Position numbers and translations under genes: made by a program
The notes under the pieces: model-generated
Seen by the model: the letters and a program-made list of their open reading frames with translations, nothing else
Told to the model about the DNA's origin: nothing
The model's database searches: none
IMG/VR virus record: IMGVR_UViG_3300015360_000024
Location: 1-64,000 of that record
DNA: 64,000 bases
Reading direction: 5' to 3' (one strand)
From: a virus
In this document: in pieces, positions 27,465 to 36,615 of the stretch
Numbering within the stretch: position 1 is the stretch's first letter
Layout: every line of letters starts with the position of its first letter

Positions 27465-27931
27465 TGTTCTCAAGAGAAATCATCATCGCGCCTGAGGTTC
27501 AAGTCTGCGCTGGAATCTTGCCGGCTAGGGGCAGCTACCATCAGGCGTTCGTCGAAATGCTGTTCCTGTGGGGAGAGGTACTTGAGGAGGACGCGAGGTT
27601 CCGTCGTGTTGTACTTCCATCAGGGTTCTCGCTGGTGACGGTCGACGTCTATCGCTCTGAGGTTCGAGACCTCGAAGGTAACGTTCGTGCAGCGATTGCG
27701 ACCCCCCAGGACGGACGAAAGGTTCCGTCAATCTCGCCCGTCAAGAGGTACTCACTGGGCGCAGAAATGGTTGGAGTTCAGCATAGGGGAGTTGCTTACG
27801 ATCGCGGAAGCGCAGTCTACCGCACTAAGCCGTTTACGGCTCAGCAGGACGCGGTTTCTACAGTCAAGAAATGGCTTGATGAGAACAAGCCCAGATGGGA
27901 TAGCTACGTCTCAGCGGTTAATTTCGAGTAG
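27464..27931 (+). CDS. hypothetical protein
   Basis: 155 aa, TGATG overlap. Confidence 0.65.
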   Translation: MFSREIIIAPEVQVCAGILPARGSYHQAFVEMLFLWGEVLEEDARFRRVVLPSGFSLVTVDVYRSEVRDLEGNVRAAIATPQDGRKVPSISPVKRYSLGAEMVGVQHRGVAYDRGSAVYRTKPFTAQQDAVSTVKKWLDENKPRWDSYVSAVNFE

Positions 27932-27942
27932 AATTTTTCTCA

Positions 27943-28308
27943 ATGAGGGTTGCTATTGTTGGTTCGAGGGGGTACTTAGATCTCGATTCCGTGGCGAGCT
28001 ACGTAGCCGACCTTCCAATTGACTCTGTTGTGATTACCGGCGGAGCCAAAGGCGTCGACGAGGCGGCTGAAAAGGCCGCTCGACTTCGAGGGCTCGAAGT
28101 CGTTGTTCATTACGCCAACTGGAATCTCTACGGAAAGGCCGCCGGTCAAATCAGAAACCAGGTAGTGGTTGATGATTGCGATCGTCTTGTAGCTTTCTGG
28201 GATGGCACAAGCCCAGGTACAAGAGGAGCAATATCGGCCGCTTCTAAGGCCGGTAAGCTGGAAAAGGTATTCCGAGATAGAAACCCCAGCCAGGGTTCTC
28301 TCTTTTAA
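27943..28308 (+). CDS. SLOG-family protein (YspA/DUF2493-like)
   Basis: MRVAIVGSR...ITGGAKGVD...GKAAGQIRN...LVAFWDG.S.GT. Confidence 0.85.
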   Translation: MRVAIVGSRGYLDLDSVASYVADLPIDSVVITGGAKGVDEAAEKAARLRGLEVVVHYANWNLYGKAAGQIRNQVVVDDCDRLVAFWDGTSPGTRGAISAASKAGKLEKVFRDRNPSQGSLF

Positions 28309-28311
28309 GGA

Positions 28312-28340
28312 TTGACAATCCTTTGAGTAAGAAAAATAAT
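28312..28340 (+). promoter_or_regulatory. sigma70-like promoter
   Basis: TTGACA (28312), 17-nt spacer, AATAAT (28335); overlaps the predicted TTG start of the next ORF, whose real start may be downstream. Confidence 0.4.
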
Positions 28341-28562
28341 CAGCCTGTGAAGTTAAGCGAAAGAGATTGGAAGCTGATGGCTCTAGGAGAGATCGGCGCC
28401 TATCTCATGGCGATCGTTTCAGCGGTCGGAGCATGGATGTACTTCGAGGAAATCCAGTTCCCGTTGAGGGTTGTTGCAACGATGGCTGCGATGTACCTGG
28501 TCGCCAAATACGCTTTGCGATTTGTTCATCTCGGCTACAAGCCCGAAGGCACCAGCTCGTAG
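28323..28562 (+). CDS. small protein with two TM segments
   Basis: Two hydrophobic segments. Confidence 0.6.
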   Translation: MSKKNNQPVKLSERDWKLMALGEIGAYLMAIVSAVGAWMYFEEIQFPLRVVATMAAMYLVAKYALRFVHLGYKPEGTSS

Positions 28563-28630
28563 CAATTCGTTCCCCGTTGGTTACATTGACCAACGGTTCA
28601 TTACCTGGTAGAGGCAAGAAGGAGACAGCA

Positions 28631-29071
28631 ATGGGTTCGAACGTCGACAAGATCGTGGATGACATCCTTGGCAGGGTTCGCCCTCTGGTTCGTGAAGCGG
28701 TCCAGAAGGCAGACGCCGATGCTCGTGGGGAGCTGATGACTCAGCTCAACAAGGCCATCGCAAGCAGTGGCAACGGGAACGGTAAGGCTGCCGCTGTGGC
28801 ATCCCCCGTGAAGCGCAAGGTCGGTCGCCCGCGCAAGAACCCGCTGCCGGAAACGGCCTCTGCCTCGCCGGCTACCTCAACGGAGAAGCCGAAGAAGACC
28901 AAGGCGAAGCAGAAGCGCGTTCTCTCTGCCGAGGTTAAGGCGAAGCTCGCCGAGAACCTCAAGAAGGCTCGCGAGGCGAAGGCCGACAAGGCGAAGCCCG
29001 TGAAGCGCAAGGTCGGCCGGCCGAAGAAGATCCAGGCCGCTGCGCCTGCGCCTGCTGAGCAGGCCTCGTAA
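28631..29071 (+). CDS. Lys/Ala-rich AT-hook/histone-like DNA-binding protein
   Basis: PVKRKVGRPRK and PVKRKVGRPKK; very basic C-terminal half; AAGGAG RBS. Confidence 0.75.
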   Translation: MGSNVDKIVDDILGRVRPLVREAVQKADADARGELMTQLNKAIASSGNGNGKAAAVASPVKRKVGRPRKNPLPETASASPATSTEKPKKTKAKQKRVLSAEVKAKLAENLKKAREAKADKAKPVKRKVGRPKKIQAAAPAPAEQAS

Positions 29072-29074
29072 CGT

Positions 29075-29266
29075 ATGGGTCGACGACCTGCAGCACCTCA
29101 GCAGCAGGACGAGAACCTGACGTATCGCCAGGTGGAGGAATTCGTCTCGAACGCGAGCCGAAGGATCCAAGGACTGAAGACCCTGAAGATCGAGGTGGCC
29201 GAAGACGGAACGGTCTCCTTCGAATATAAAGTCTTCCGCATCATCGGTGGCAAGGGAAAAGTCTAA
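29075..29266 (+). CDS. hypothetical protein
   Basis: 63 aa. Confidence 0.6.
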   Translation: MGRRPAAPQQQDENLTYRQVEEFVSNASRRIQGLKTLKIEVAEDGTVSFEYKVFRIIGGKGKV

Positions 29267-29283
29267 ACCTGGCACCACGAAGA

Positions 29284-29312
29284 AAGGGCCCGAGCTGACT
29301 GCTCGGGCCCTT
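29284..29312. terminator. probable bidirectional terminator
   Basis: AAGGGCCCGAGC-TGACT-GCTCGGGCCCTT between convergent genes. Confidence 0.75.
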
Positions 29313-29317
29313 GTCGT

Positions 29318-30091
29318 TTAGTCGTTCCCGCCTCGGTTTGCTCCCCAGGGGTAGTACTCCCTCTTGGCCTGGACCTGCGCGAACTCCGGCTGTCCTCCAT
29401 CTGGGAGAACGATGGCCGTGAGCCGGCCGCCGAACACGCACCCCGTGTCGATACCGTAGCAGGCGTACCCGCTGTGAGCGTCTACGCGGGGCTCAGAGCG
29501 ACTGTGGACGGCGTGGCCGTAGATGACGTTCTCTGGGCCCTGCCACCGCACAGCCCACGGCACAGAGCCTGGGACGTCAACCAAGGGGTTCTTGTGGTCG
29601 GAGGCCATTTTTCCGACGTCATCAACATTCCGAACGCGGCAGACAGTGTCGCGGCTCTGCTCGTCGTACCTGACGCCGTTGCACTCGAACCCTGCATGAA
29701 CAACAAGCCACGGCTGATGCCCGAGGCCCACCGTCTTTGGCATCGCCATCAGGTAGTCCATGTCTTCCTTGGACAGGTTGTTGTGCTCGACCATCCTGGC
29801 TTCGTCGAACCGGCGCATTGGGTTCTTTTTGGCCTCACCTGCGGCGATCCTGGTTTCCCAGTTCCGCCAGCGGATGTGCTTCTCCTCGTGATTGCCCATG
29901 GCGCAAGACGCACCAAGCTCGCGTGCAAGTCGAACGACGCCAACTGGGTCTGGGCCGCGATCAACAAGGTCACCCACGAACACCAGGCAGTCCTTGTCCC
30001 CGTGGCGATACTCGACCACCTTGAGCAGTTCCTTCAGTTCGTCCAAACAGCCATGGACGTCACCGACAACGATAAATCTCTCGAACTTCAT
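29318..30091 (-). CDS. metallophosphoesterase (PrpE/ApaH/Ser-Thr phosphatase-like)
   Basis: GDVHG, VGDLVDRGPD, GNHE, VHAG, YGH, IDTGC motifs. Confidence 0.9.
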   Translation of the reverse strand: MKFERFIVVGDVHGCLDELKELLKVVEYRHGDKDCLVFVGDLVDRGPDPVGVVRLARELGASCAMGNHEEKHIRWRNWETRIAAGEAKKNPMRRFDEARMVEHNNLSKEDMDYLMAMPKTVGLGHQPWLVVHAGFECNGVRYDEQSRDTVCRVRNVDDVGKMASDHKNPLVDVPGSVPWAVRWQGPENVIYGHAVHSRSEPRVDAHSGYACYGIDTGCVFGGRLTAIVLPDGGQPEFAQVQAKREYYPWGANRGGND

Positions 30092-30215
30092 ACCACCTAC
30101 CTACAGTCGTCATTGTTGGATATTTCATACCCCGAAAAATGCTGAAGCCGCCAACCTTTCGGCTGACGGCTTCGGAACTACTTCTACCATTGGTAGATTA
30201 GCTGACTGCAGCCTA

Positions 30216-30425
30216 TCAGCTGACCTTCTTGAAGCCAAGCCTTTGAAGCTCGGATCCCTTGAGGCCATGAAGCGCGATGTAGTGGCGCGGAACGCTATAG
30301 GTCGAACCGTTGACGGTGACTTCCATGTACTCGCCAAGTTCTTCGACGAGCTGCTCGACTTGCGCCTGTACTACTTCGCTGTTGTAGTGCAGTGGCTTCC
30401 CACAATGGCAGAGCTTATCGGTCAT
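30216..30425 (-). CDS. hypothetical protein
   Basis: 69 aa. Confidence 0.6.
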   Translation of the reverse strand: MTDKLCHCGKPLHYNSEVVQAQVEQLVEELGEYMEVTVNGSTYSVPRHYIALHGLKGSELQRLGFKKVS

Positions 30426-31384
30426 GCAGCTCGCAGCTGGGTCATGTTGGCGATACGCAGGAACTCGGGCTCGTTCGTCTCCAGGAGGAGTTTCTGCGCC
30501 AGCATCTGATCCTCGTGCGGAAGGCGATAGTCAGCGTGGATGCAGTAGCGCTTCACCGGCTGACCGTCGACACCGAGGAGCTTCACATTGCCGGCGTAGC
30601 CGGTCTCGATACGGTAGACCCGCATCGAGCCGTCTCGACTGTGGACGGTCAGATGGAAATGGTTTTTCTCATCCAGCTCTTTCTGCTGATCTGCGTTGAG
30701 CATGGAGAAGAGAAGCTTCCGCGCGCGAGCCTTGGCCGTGTCAGTGAAAACCTTGACCTTGGCAGCCTCGATGACGGCAGCCTGGCGAGCAAGCTCTGCC
30801 TTTGCAGCGCGATCGGCAGCCTGCTCAGGAGTCTCCCTGACGCGACCATACTTCTTCATGGTGGCGTGGTCGCAGTTCTGCCAGCCAGTCGAGTACCACG
30901 CGGCATTCGCCGCTGATGTGCAGTTGTCGGCGATGTCGTACCAGCCTGTCGTTGAGCTAGTTCCTGTGGTCCTGATGTGCCAGCTGTTCCCTAGGTTGAT
31001 CGTCGTTGCTGACGACGTTCCAGAGGACATCCATGCGCGAGCGACACGGTCTTGCCAGATCTTCATCGCTTGCACCTGGGCCCAGGTCTGAATCTCGTCA
31101 CGTGTCGATGCGGTGACGACTGGAATGGTGTTGCCGGTCATCGTGATCGTCTCGCTAACTCCATCACTGGCTACCGAGACGTTGTACTCGGTTGCGACGC
31201 CATCGATCACGAGTGGGTCTGGCTGTGTAGCTGGCGAGATCTGCGACCGCTCTAGGGCTGCGCGTTCTTCATCGAGTCGCGCCAAACCTTCGGCGATTCG
31301 CCTCTCAGCCGCATCTTCAACTACCCTCGCGTCGAACCCAGTTTCTACTGGGTGAGTGATTCTCACTGCGGCGGTGGTTGGCAT
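30422..31384 (-). CDS. hypothetical protein
   Basis: 320 aa; C-terminal RYCIH...DQMLAQKLLLETNE..FL..AN. Confidence 0.7.
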   Translation of the reverse strand: MPTTAAVRITHPVETGFDARVVEDAAERRIAEGLARLDEERAALERSQISPATQPDPLVIDGVATEYNVSVASDGVSETITMTGNTIPVVTASTRDEIQTWAQVQAMKIWQDRVARAWMSSGTSSATTINLGNSWHIRTTGTSSTTGWYDIADNCTSAANAAWYSTGWQNCDHATMKKYGRVRETPEQAADRAAKAELARQAAVIEAAKVKVFTDTAKARARKLLFSMLNADQQKELDEKNHFHLTVHSRDGSMRVYRIETGYAGNVKLLGVDGQPVKRYCIHADYRLPHEDQMLAQKLLLETNEPEFLRIANMTQLRAA

Positions 31385-31385
31385 T

Positions 31386-31703
31386 TCAGCCCCCAGCGAC
31401 CGGGGGTACGAGAATCATCTTGCCGGCGGCAGGATCGAACTCGCGAATATGCTCGGTGCTCTTGTCGCCGTTCGCGCTGACGCGAAATGCGAGGTACTTC
31501 TTCTGCTTGACCAGGTGATCGAACGAACGACGAGCGTCCTCGACCTCGTCCTGGTTGGCGGCGTTCCAGACCTTCTTGATGTCGCCGTAGCCACTCAGGA
31601 CCGAAATCATGATTTGGCCGGGCTCAGGCTCGTCAGCCAGGTCGGGCGAAAAGCCCTGCTTTGTCAGGTCAGTACCGAGCGTTTCCATGTGCAGCTCCAT
31701 CAT
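31386..31703 (-). CDS. hypothetical protein
   Basis: 105 aa. Confidence 0.65.
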   Translation of the reverse strand: MMELHMETLGTDLTKQGFSPDLADEPEPGQIMISVLSGYGDIKKVWNAANQDEVEDARRSFDHLVKQKKYLAFRVSANGDKSTEHIREFDPAAGKMILVPPVAGG

Positions 31704-31774
31704 TGGGCCGCATATGGGCCCGCATCAAGGTTGAGCCGTCGACTTCGCCAGAAGGTGGCGTGATTGTCAAGAAC

Positions 31775-32725
31775 CTACGGACCGCTGACCCAGGTCTGAT
31801 TGATGTTTCCTGGCGTCTGGCCGCCAAACATGACCATCACGCCATTCGTGTAATCGAAGGCCATCGCAATGTATCCAGTAAACGACGGGCCCTGGTTGGA
31901 CAGACTCAGCTGCGAGAGCGTACTAGTCGCTGGGTTCCATTCCCATGTTTCATTCAATGTCTTGATGATCGCGGTCTGGCGTACCGGGTGCCAGACGGCT
32001 TCGCCATATGTAAAATTGTCGAGACCTGGATTACTTCCGGGCCATCCTGCGCTGGACCACGCGGATCCGTTGAAATACTGAGCGCGGTACGATAAACCTT
32101 GCGCGTTGAGCACCTTGCCCGAGTACTCATCAAAGCATGTGCTGAACCCGTAACCGCTGGTCCCTCCAGCAATGGAGCTGTTCGTCCAGAGATTGGTGGT
32201 GCTGTTGTAATCCCAGGTTCCTCCGCCACTCCACGCACCATAGAGAAAGGTCTTCTGTCTAATCTTGTCGTACGCGATTTTGCACCAGTTCTGGGCGTTC
32301 TGAGGCGCACCAGTGAAGTTCGTCCACGTTGTGCCGTCGAATTCCGACCACTCCGCTAGTCCGCCGCCATCCCACGGGACGCTACGAACCAGGATGTTCG
32401 CATCGGAATCGTAAGACATGCCGCCTGTGTAACCACCACGCGAATCCGTTGCGACGGCCAGCTTGTACCAGTCATTCCCTGTCCATACCCAAGTCCCCGC
32501 ACCTGTCGTCTGACTAACATTGTATGGGTCGTGGATGGCAGCACCGCCGCCCGGAGATGTTGTTCCTCCGGTCATGATCACGCCGAGTCCTGGATAAAAT
32601 GCCATGTCCGCAGCGCATCGTGCAGACGGACTCGTGCCCGGCGACTGAAGGATCCACTGGTTGAACGCAACGTTTGGTATTGACGACCCCTTCTTCTTTA
32701 GAAGGCCCGCTGGAACGGTAAACAT
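31775..32725 (-). CDS. Kelch-like/TW-W-repeat beta-propeller protein, probably virion-associated
   Basis: Repeats TWVWTG..W, WSEFDGTTW, TWDYNS, YFNGSAW, TWEWNP, MFGG. Confidence 0.7.
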   Translation of the reverse strand: MFTVPAGLLKKKGSSIPNVAFNQWILQSPGTSPSARCAADMAFYPGLGVIMTGGTTSPGGGAAIHDPYNVSQTTGAGTWVWTGNDWYKLAVATDSRGGYTGGMSYDSDANILVRSVPWDGGGLAEWSEFDGTTWTNFTGAPQNAQNWCKIAYDKIRQKTFLYGAWSGGGTWDYNSTTNLWTNSSIAGGTSGYGFSTCFDEYSGKVLNAQGLSYRAQYFNGSAWSSAGWPGSNPGLDNFTYGEAVWHPVRQTAIIKTLNETWEWNPATSTLSQLSLSNQGPSFTGYIAMAFDYTNGVMVMFGGQTPGNINQTWVSGP

Positions 32726-33400
32726 TACGGCGTGAATCCTCTCAAGGTCGTGCAGAAGACCTTGGTTCCATCGGAGATTCCAGTGATGATGTCCAGCTTG
32801 TTTGCGAGAGATGTACCGATTGAAGGAGAGCCCTCGGTTCCAAAGTTGTAGTTAGACCCGAAGGTCAGCGCCCCTGGTGCCGGTGCCGTCTTGTAAGATC
32901 CTAAACACGAGCGTCTGTCCGCTCACGAGACTCGATGGATTATCGAGCTGAGCGGTAGCTCCGGTGAGCGTGACCGTGAACGTGTTGCTCAGCGAGGCGT
33001 TGACCGCAATGTTGGCGCCGTAGGTCAACACAGACGGGACAACGTCTTGTGCCTTGGTGAAGGCGTTCCTGATCGACAATCGAGCGACATCGATGCCAGA
33101 CAGCTGAGACACGGTGCCGTCACTGGCTCGCGCGAATACCTGAACGACGCCTGAGGCATCTTTGCCGTACAGCAACGCGTAGCCGGCTTCCTGTGCTGGA
33201 TCTGCTCCCAGTACAGGAAGTCTAGATTTGTCGAGCCCTGATAACTGATGGACGTCGCCGTTGCTCGCACGAACGAACAGCTGCACGATGCCGGATACTG
33301 TTTTGCTGTAGAGCAGCGCTCTACTTGCTTCCGCTGCCGGATCTGATGCCGACGCGATCAGTCTGGCGATCTCTGCTCCGGCCCGTCTTAGGAAGCTCAT
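32725..33400 (-). CDS. tail-fibre-like protein interrupted by an extra G
   Basis: Reading QDGTGTR-ALTFGSNYNFG...RGFTP* needs one G removed from GGGG (32871-32874); the restored stop overlaps the next ATG (TAATG). Confidence 0.65.
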
Positions 33401-33653
33401 TTCCGCGTGAATTTATCACTCGAAACAGCTAACCGTAAAGTAGGCCAGGATCTATGGTCTGGGCCAGATGATTTCAGACGCCATCAGCTACCGGCTCGTG
33501 GAAGGTCTTCATGAACTGGTTCGTGTGCGGCTCGCACAGAATCGTCTTGCCGGTTCCGAGCGCCTGGTCGGCGACGAAAATGAAACCAGCCTTGCACCAG
33601 TGGCAAGGCTGATCTTCGGTCGACTTGTGGAGCTGCACATCTTTTTTCATCAG

Positions 33654-33726
33654 TGGTTCCGGAGGGAATCGAACCCCCATTCGTCTCTTTAGGAAAGAGC
33701 TGCCTTGTCCGTTGGGCCACGGAACC
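33654..33726 (-). tRNA. tRNA-Arg(CCU)
   Basis: Cloverleaf, loop UU-CCU-AA. Confidence 0.9.
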
Positions 33727-33732
33727 ATTTCG

Positions 33733-33805
33733 CGCATCCGGCAGGGGTCGAACCTGCAGCCTTTCGGGTAGAAGCCGATTGCTCAATCCATTGAGCTACG
33801 GATGC
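33733..33805 (-). tRNA. tRNA-Arg(UCU)
   Basis: Cloverleaf, loop CU-UCU-AC. Confidence 0.9.
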
Positions 33806-33881
33806 CTAAGCTACCTTCGAACCGGCTGCGGTCTTCGAGCGTTCATCAGGGTTGTTATCTTCCTCGGAAGAGTCACCGTTG

Positions 33882-34322
33882 TCAATTCCGATTACACCCT
33901 TGGTCGCCTTGCGCGTTGATGGGACGTACTCGCCGTCCTCTGGCCCCTTGACGTAGGAGAGCTGGAACCTTCATGATGGCTTCATGCCGCTGCTTGCCGA
34001 GGTCATCGGTCAGCTTCATGTCTGGATGCGTTCTGGATTTCTCCTCGGCCTCCCTCCACGCCTGATCAATCACTCGACGCATCTGAGCAGCATTAGCGTC
34101 GGTGGACGCATCGTTGATGATACTGACGATGCTGCCCGGGAAGTAGGCGCCGTCATTGAACATCGTCCAGTACATGCTGGATCCATCGTCCTGGCGGCTC
34201 ACACGAAGAAACCACATCCCCCACTTCTTACGGAGGGATTCGAACATCAGACGGTCCTTGTCAGGAACGCGATATCCAACCCACTGCTCTCCGTCGCGAT
34301 TCATCAAGCCGATGTTGGCCAT
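33882..34322 (-). CDS. hypothetical protein
   Basis: 146 aa. Confidence 0.6.
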   Translation of the reverse strand: MANIGLMNRDGEQWVGYRVPDKDRLMFESLRKKWGMWFLRVSRQDDGSSMYWTMFNDGAYFPGSIVSIINDASTDANAAQMRRVIDQAWREAEEKSRTHPDMKLTDDLGKQRHEAIMKVPALLRQGARGRRVRPINAQGDQGCNRN

Positions 34323-34354
34323 GGGCCTATCTACAGGTCATGGGTCTACTTATT

Positions 34355-34837
34355 TCACGCGCTCATCAGCTCGTTGTATTTGAACTTTTCTCCGAGTGCT
34401 TCGTAGATGTCGATAGTCTCGGTGTCGAGCCTCTTTACGATGTCGCCGTTGTAGACGTGGATGTACATCGGGACTCGTACTGTCCGAGCGACGAATTGCT
34501 TGCCCAACTCTGTGATTTTGTAGAATCCGGCGTGCGGGCTTCCGTCGCTTCGACCTTCGGGCATCTCTTCGATGAGGCCCCAGTAGCGGAGCTTGGCGCA
34601 CTCGCGATCGGTCGCGTTCTGCTCGATGAGGTAGCTCGGTACATGGAGCCACTCATTCGCGTCTGGCCGTCGAAAGTACCGATCGATCAACAGTAGTGCG
34701 TAGGCCATGAAGCTGTTCAGCTTGCGCTTGTAGAGCTTAACGTACTGGTTGCAGCACGGACACGGGGCGCCAGCTTCGAAGCGTTCGCGAAGCCACTGCT
34801 TGGCCTCTTCCAGGGTGCGTTGGTCGGGCTGTGACAT
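34355..34837 (-). CDS. Zn-ribbon plus winged-helix-like phage protein
   Basis: CPCCNQ...AKLRYWGLIE...YKITELGKQF. Confidence 0.75.
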   Translation of the reverse strand: MSQPDQRTLEEAKQWLRERFEAGAPCPCCNQYVKLYKRKLNSFMAYALLLIDRYFRRPDANEWLHVPSYLIEQNATDRECAKLRYWGLIEEMPEGRSDGSPHAGFYKITELGKQFVARTVRVPMYIHVYNGDIVKRLDTETIDIYEALGEKFKYNELMSA

Positions 34838-34890
34838 GCCCAACCTTCTCAGGAGGGTATGACAATTGTCTAGACCTACGCAAGCACTTG

Positions 34891-34910
34891 CGCGGAAGAC
34901 AGAGGACTCG
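34891..34910 (-). repeat. 20-bp tRNA-Ser 3' fragment identical to 53752-53771
   Basis: CGCGGAAGACAGAGGACTCG at both sites. Confidence 0.8.
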
Positions 34911-34912
34911 GT

Positions 34913-35000
34913 TGGCGGAAGACCAGGGAGTCGAACCCTAACCCTTTTGAGATCGTACCGACTTCCAATCGGACTGCGCGCCACCGCGCATTGATCTTCC
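34913..35000 (-). tRNA. tRNA-Ser(GGA)
   Basis: Long variable arm, G73, encoded CCA. Confidence 0.85.
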
Positions 35001-35038
35001 GTGTGATTCCAACGGTGTTGCCATGATACGATACCAGT

Positions 35039-35521
35039 GTGGAAACACAAGTATGTAGTAAGTGCAGAAAGCGAAAATCGCTGGCCCATTACTATCATCA
35101 GAATGGCATGACAAACGGCCATCGCCGTGACTGCAAAAGCTGCGTGAAGGCTCGCGTAGCTACGACCAAAGAAAAGAACCGAGACAAATACTTAAAGTCG
35201 AAAAACAAATGTGAATGTGGGGCCACAAAGTCCAGGTATGCCATCGGGTGCCGACGCTGCACGAGAAAGGCGGAATGGCGTCTCAATAAGGGTTATGTCG
35301 TAAAGACGGTTGGCGGTACGCAGATCGCTCAGCACCGCGTTGTGATGGAAGAGTCGCTGGGTCGTAAGCTCAGGGATGACGAAAACGTCCACCATCGCAA
35401 CGGGATCAAGAATGACAACCGTATAGAAAATCTAGAACTATGGAGCACCAGTCAGCCGGCCGGGCAGCGCGTGGAGGATAAACTGGCCTGGTGCCGGTGG
35501 TTTCTTGAGCAGTACCAGTAG
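35039..35521 (+). CDS. HNH homing endonuclease
   Basis: [34 protein letters not shown]; N-terminal Zn finger. Confidence 0.9.
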   Translation: METQVCSKCRKRKSLAHYYHQNGMTNGHRRDCKSCVKARVATTKEKNRDKYLKSKNKCECGATKSRYAIGCRRCTRKAEWRLNKGYVVKTVGGTQIAQHRVVMEESLGRKLRDDENVHHRNGIKNDNRIENLELWSTSQPAGQRVEDKLAWCRWFLEQYQ

Positions 35522-35535
35522 GCTCCACAGCCTGT

Positions 35536-35739
35536 TTACCTTCCGTGACGTCGTTTCTTCTCGTGCGGTGCGATCTGTTCGGCCTTCTTCTTCAGCTGCT
35601 CCTGGCGGGTAGCCCATCGCTGCTTCTGAATGTCTGATCGATCTTCCGTGGTGTGACCACACTGCTGGCAGTAGGTGGTCCGTCCCTCACCGTTACGGTG
35701 AACATCCACGAAACCGTAGCCGCATTTTTCACAGGTCAA
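35536..35739 (-). CDS. small Zn-ribbon protein
   Basis: CEKCG...CQQCG. Confidence 0.6.
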   Translation of the reverse strand: MTCEKCGYGFVDVHRNGEGRTTYCQQCGHTTEDRSDIQKQRWATRQEQLKKKAEQIAPHEKKRRHGR

Positions 35740-36409
35740 TTAGTCCCAGTCTCCTCGAAGGTACTTTTTGAGCTGCCACTGTCGGTTCAGGACGTGATCG
35801 GTCACGACTCCATCCTGTGATCTGATCGTTCGACGCTTGTCCGCGCGCATCCCCGATCCGACTTGCTCTCTGCGTGATGACGACAGGGCTGACGACCTTT
35901 GTTCGTTTGCAGCATCCCATATTCTTGCTCGCAGGACTTCTAGAGCGGTTTCTTTGTTCTGATGCTGAGACCGCTCTGATTCACAGCGTACCTTGATACC
36001 AGTCGGTACGTGCGTGAGAATGACGGCGCTATCCGTCACGTTCCGGTGCTGACCTCCTGCACCAGATCCACGGCAATACGCCCACTTCAAGTCCGCTTCT
36101 CGGACAACGACCTGGGTCTCGGTAGGCTCAGGCAGAACAGCAACCGTAATGGTGCTCGTCTGCATGCGCCCACGCTTCTCTGTGGGAGGAATTCTTTGCC
36201 ACCTGTGTCCACCTGATTCGTTGGCAAACGCGGCGGCAGCGCCCTTCCCTGATGCCCTGAACACGATGAGTCCAGGGCGTTCCTCTACGAGTTCGAGGTC
36301 AAAGTGACCTCCGGCTCCCCATCTTCGCGTAGATCGAGAACTGGTCTTGGACCAATAATTTGGCGTCGTCACCGCCCTCACCGCTTCGTATTTCCACAAA
36401 GACTGACAT
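35740..36409 (-). CDS. class I peptide chain release factor homolog (minimal, about 222 aa) expressed via +1 frameshift
   Basis: Frame 0 MSVFVEIRSGEGGDDAK...RRSL* (36 codons); +1 frame DLELVEE...RWQRIPPTEKRGRMQTS...GSGAGGQH...ERSQHQNK; junction GGAGG-TCA-CTT-TGA-C. Confidence 0.9.
36298..36312 (-). promoter_or_regulatory. prfB-type programmed +1 ribosomal frameshift site
   Basis: Internal SD GGAGG (36312-36308), 3-nt spacer, CTT-TGA-C (36304-36298). Confidence 0.9.
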
Positions 36410-36430
36410 TGTGGGACGAGCCTAGCATAT

Positions 36431-36604
36431 TCAGAACTCTATAACTATAACCGTCGACTTGGGCTCGTCCTGGCGCATCGGCCGCTCCTCTTCGTAGTAC
36501 GGCGCCTCGATCTGTAGAGGCTGCTGGATCTTCTCTTGAGGACAGCTTGGACAGTGATGCCAAGCGGGACGCGCATGGGGGCACAGTGGAATGTCCATAC
36601 CCAT
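36431..36604 (-). CDS. hypothetical 57-aa protein
   Basis: MGMDIPLCPH...HCPSCP...VIVIEF, between the ligase and release factor genes. Confidence 0.5.
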   Translation of the reverse strand: MGMDIPLCPHARPAWHHCPSCPQEKIQQPLQIEAPYYEEERPMRQDEPKSTVIVIEF

Positions 36605-36615
36605 AGTGTAGCCCG

